64,000 nucleotides of DNA from Octopus sinensis (taxonomy: Eukaryota), in NCBI RefSeq assembly GCF_006345805.1, contig NC_043017.1:19034001-19098000 (forward strand), in the 5' to 3' direction. The translations under genes and the position numbers were made by a program. Each line of letters opens with the position of its first letter. The first letter of the stretch is position 1. Shown piece by piece: positions 63,911 through 64,000 of this stretch. The notes under the pieces were generated by a model. The model made no database searches and was not told the origin of the DNA. It worked only from the letters and a program-made list of their open reading frames with translations.

Positions 63911-64000
63911 TGTTTAGGGATAGGGTTAGGATTAGAGTTAGGCTGTAGGATTAGGGTTTAGAATTAGGGTTTAGGATTAGGCTGTAGGATTAGGCTGTAG
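63911..64000 (+). repeat. Degenerate TTAGGG-like array running off the window end
   Basis: tttagggatagggttaggattagagttagg...ttagggttt variants. Confidence 0.7.

Overview
AT-rich, microsatellite- and TE-dense eukaryotic DNA. The SINE/LINE content is most consistent with a coleoid cephalopod, probably Octopus (inference, no database search). One complete protein-coding gene is supported: a 26-exon P5A-type ATPase (ATP13A1/Spf1 family) on the minus strand, ATG at 56206 to stop at 18514, 3495 nt CDS, 1164 aa. All 25 introns are GT-AG and phase-consistent when traced by hand. The 0-17 kb and 56.3-64 kb flanks are mostly TE mosaic: RTE and CR1-like LINEs, a Gypsy gag-protease remnant, Tigger/pogo remnants, Helitron/Helentron pieces, hAT and piggyBac MITEs, and several tRNA-derived SINE families. 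Most notable signals: (1) a structurally complete type I hammerhead ribozyme at 42274-42349, plus several minimal or degenerate hammerhead motifs in small (TA)n-associated repeats; (2) a trimeric SINE inside a single 16-bp TSD; (3) ATP13A1 departs from otherwise conserved residues, several of them one A-to-G change from consensus, which suggests possible ADAR recoding; (4) a possible alternative C-terminus; (5) an old inverted duplication at 2.8-6.4 kb. Family assignments and human/yeast comparisons are from memory of motifs.
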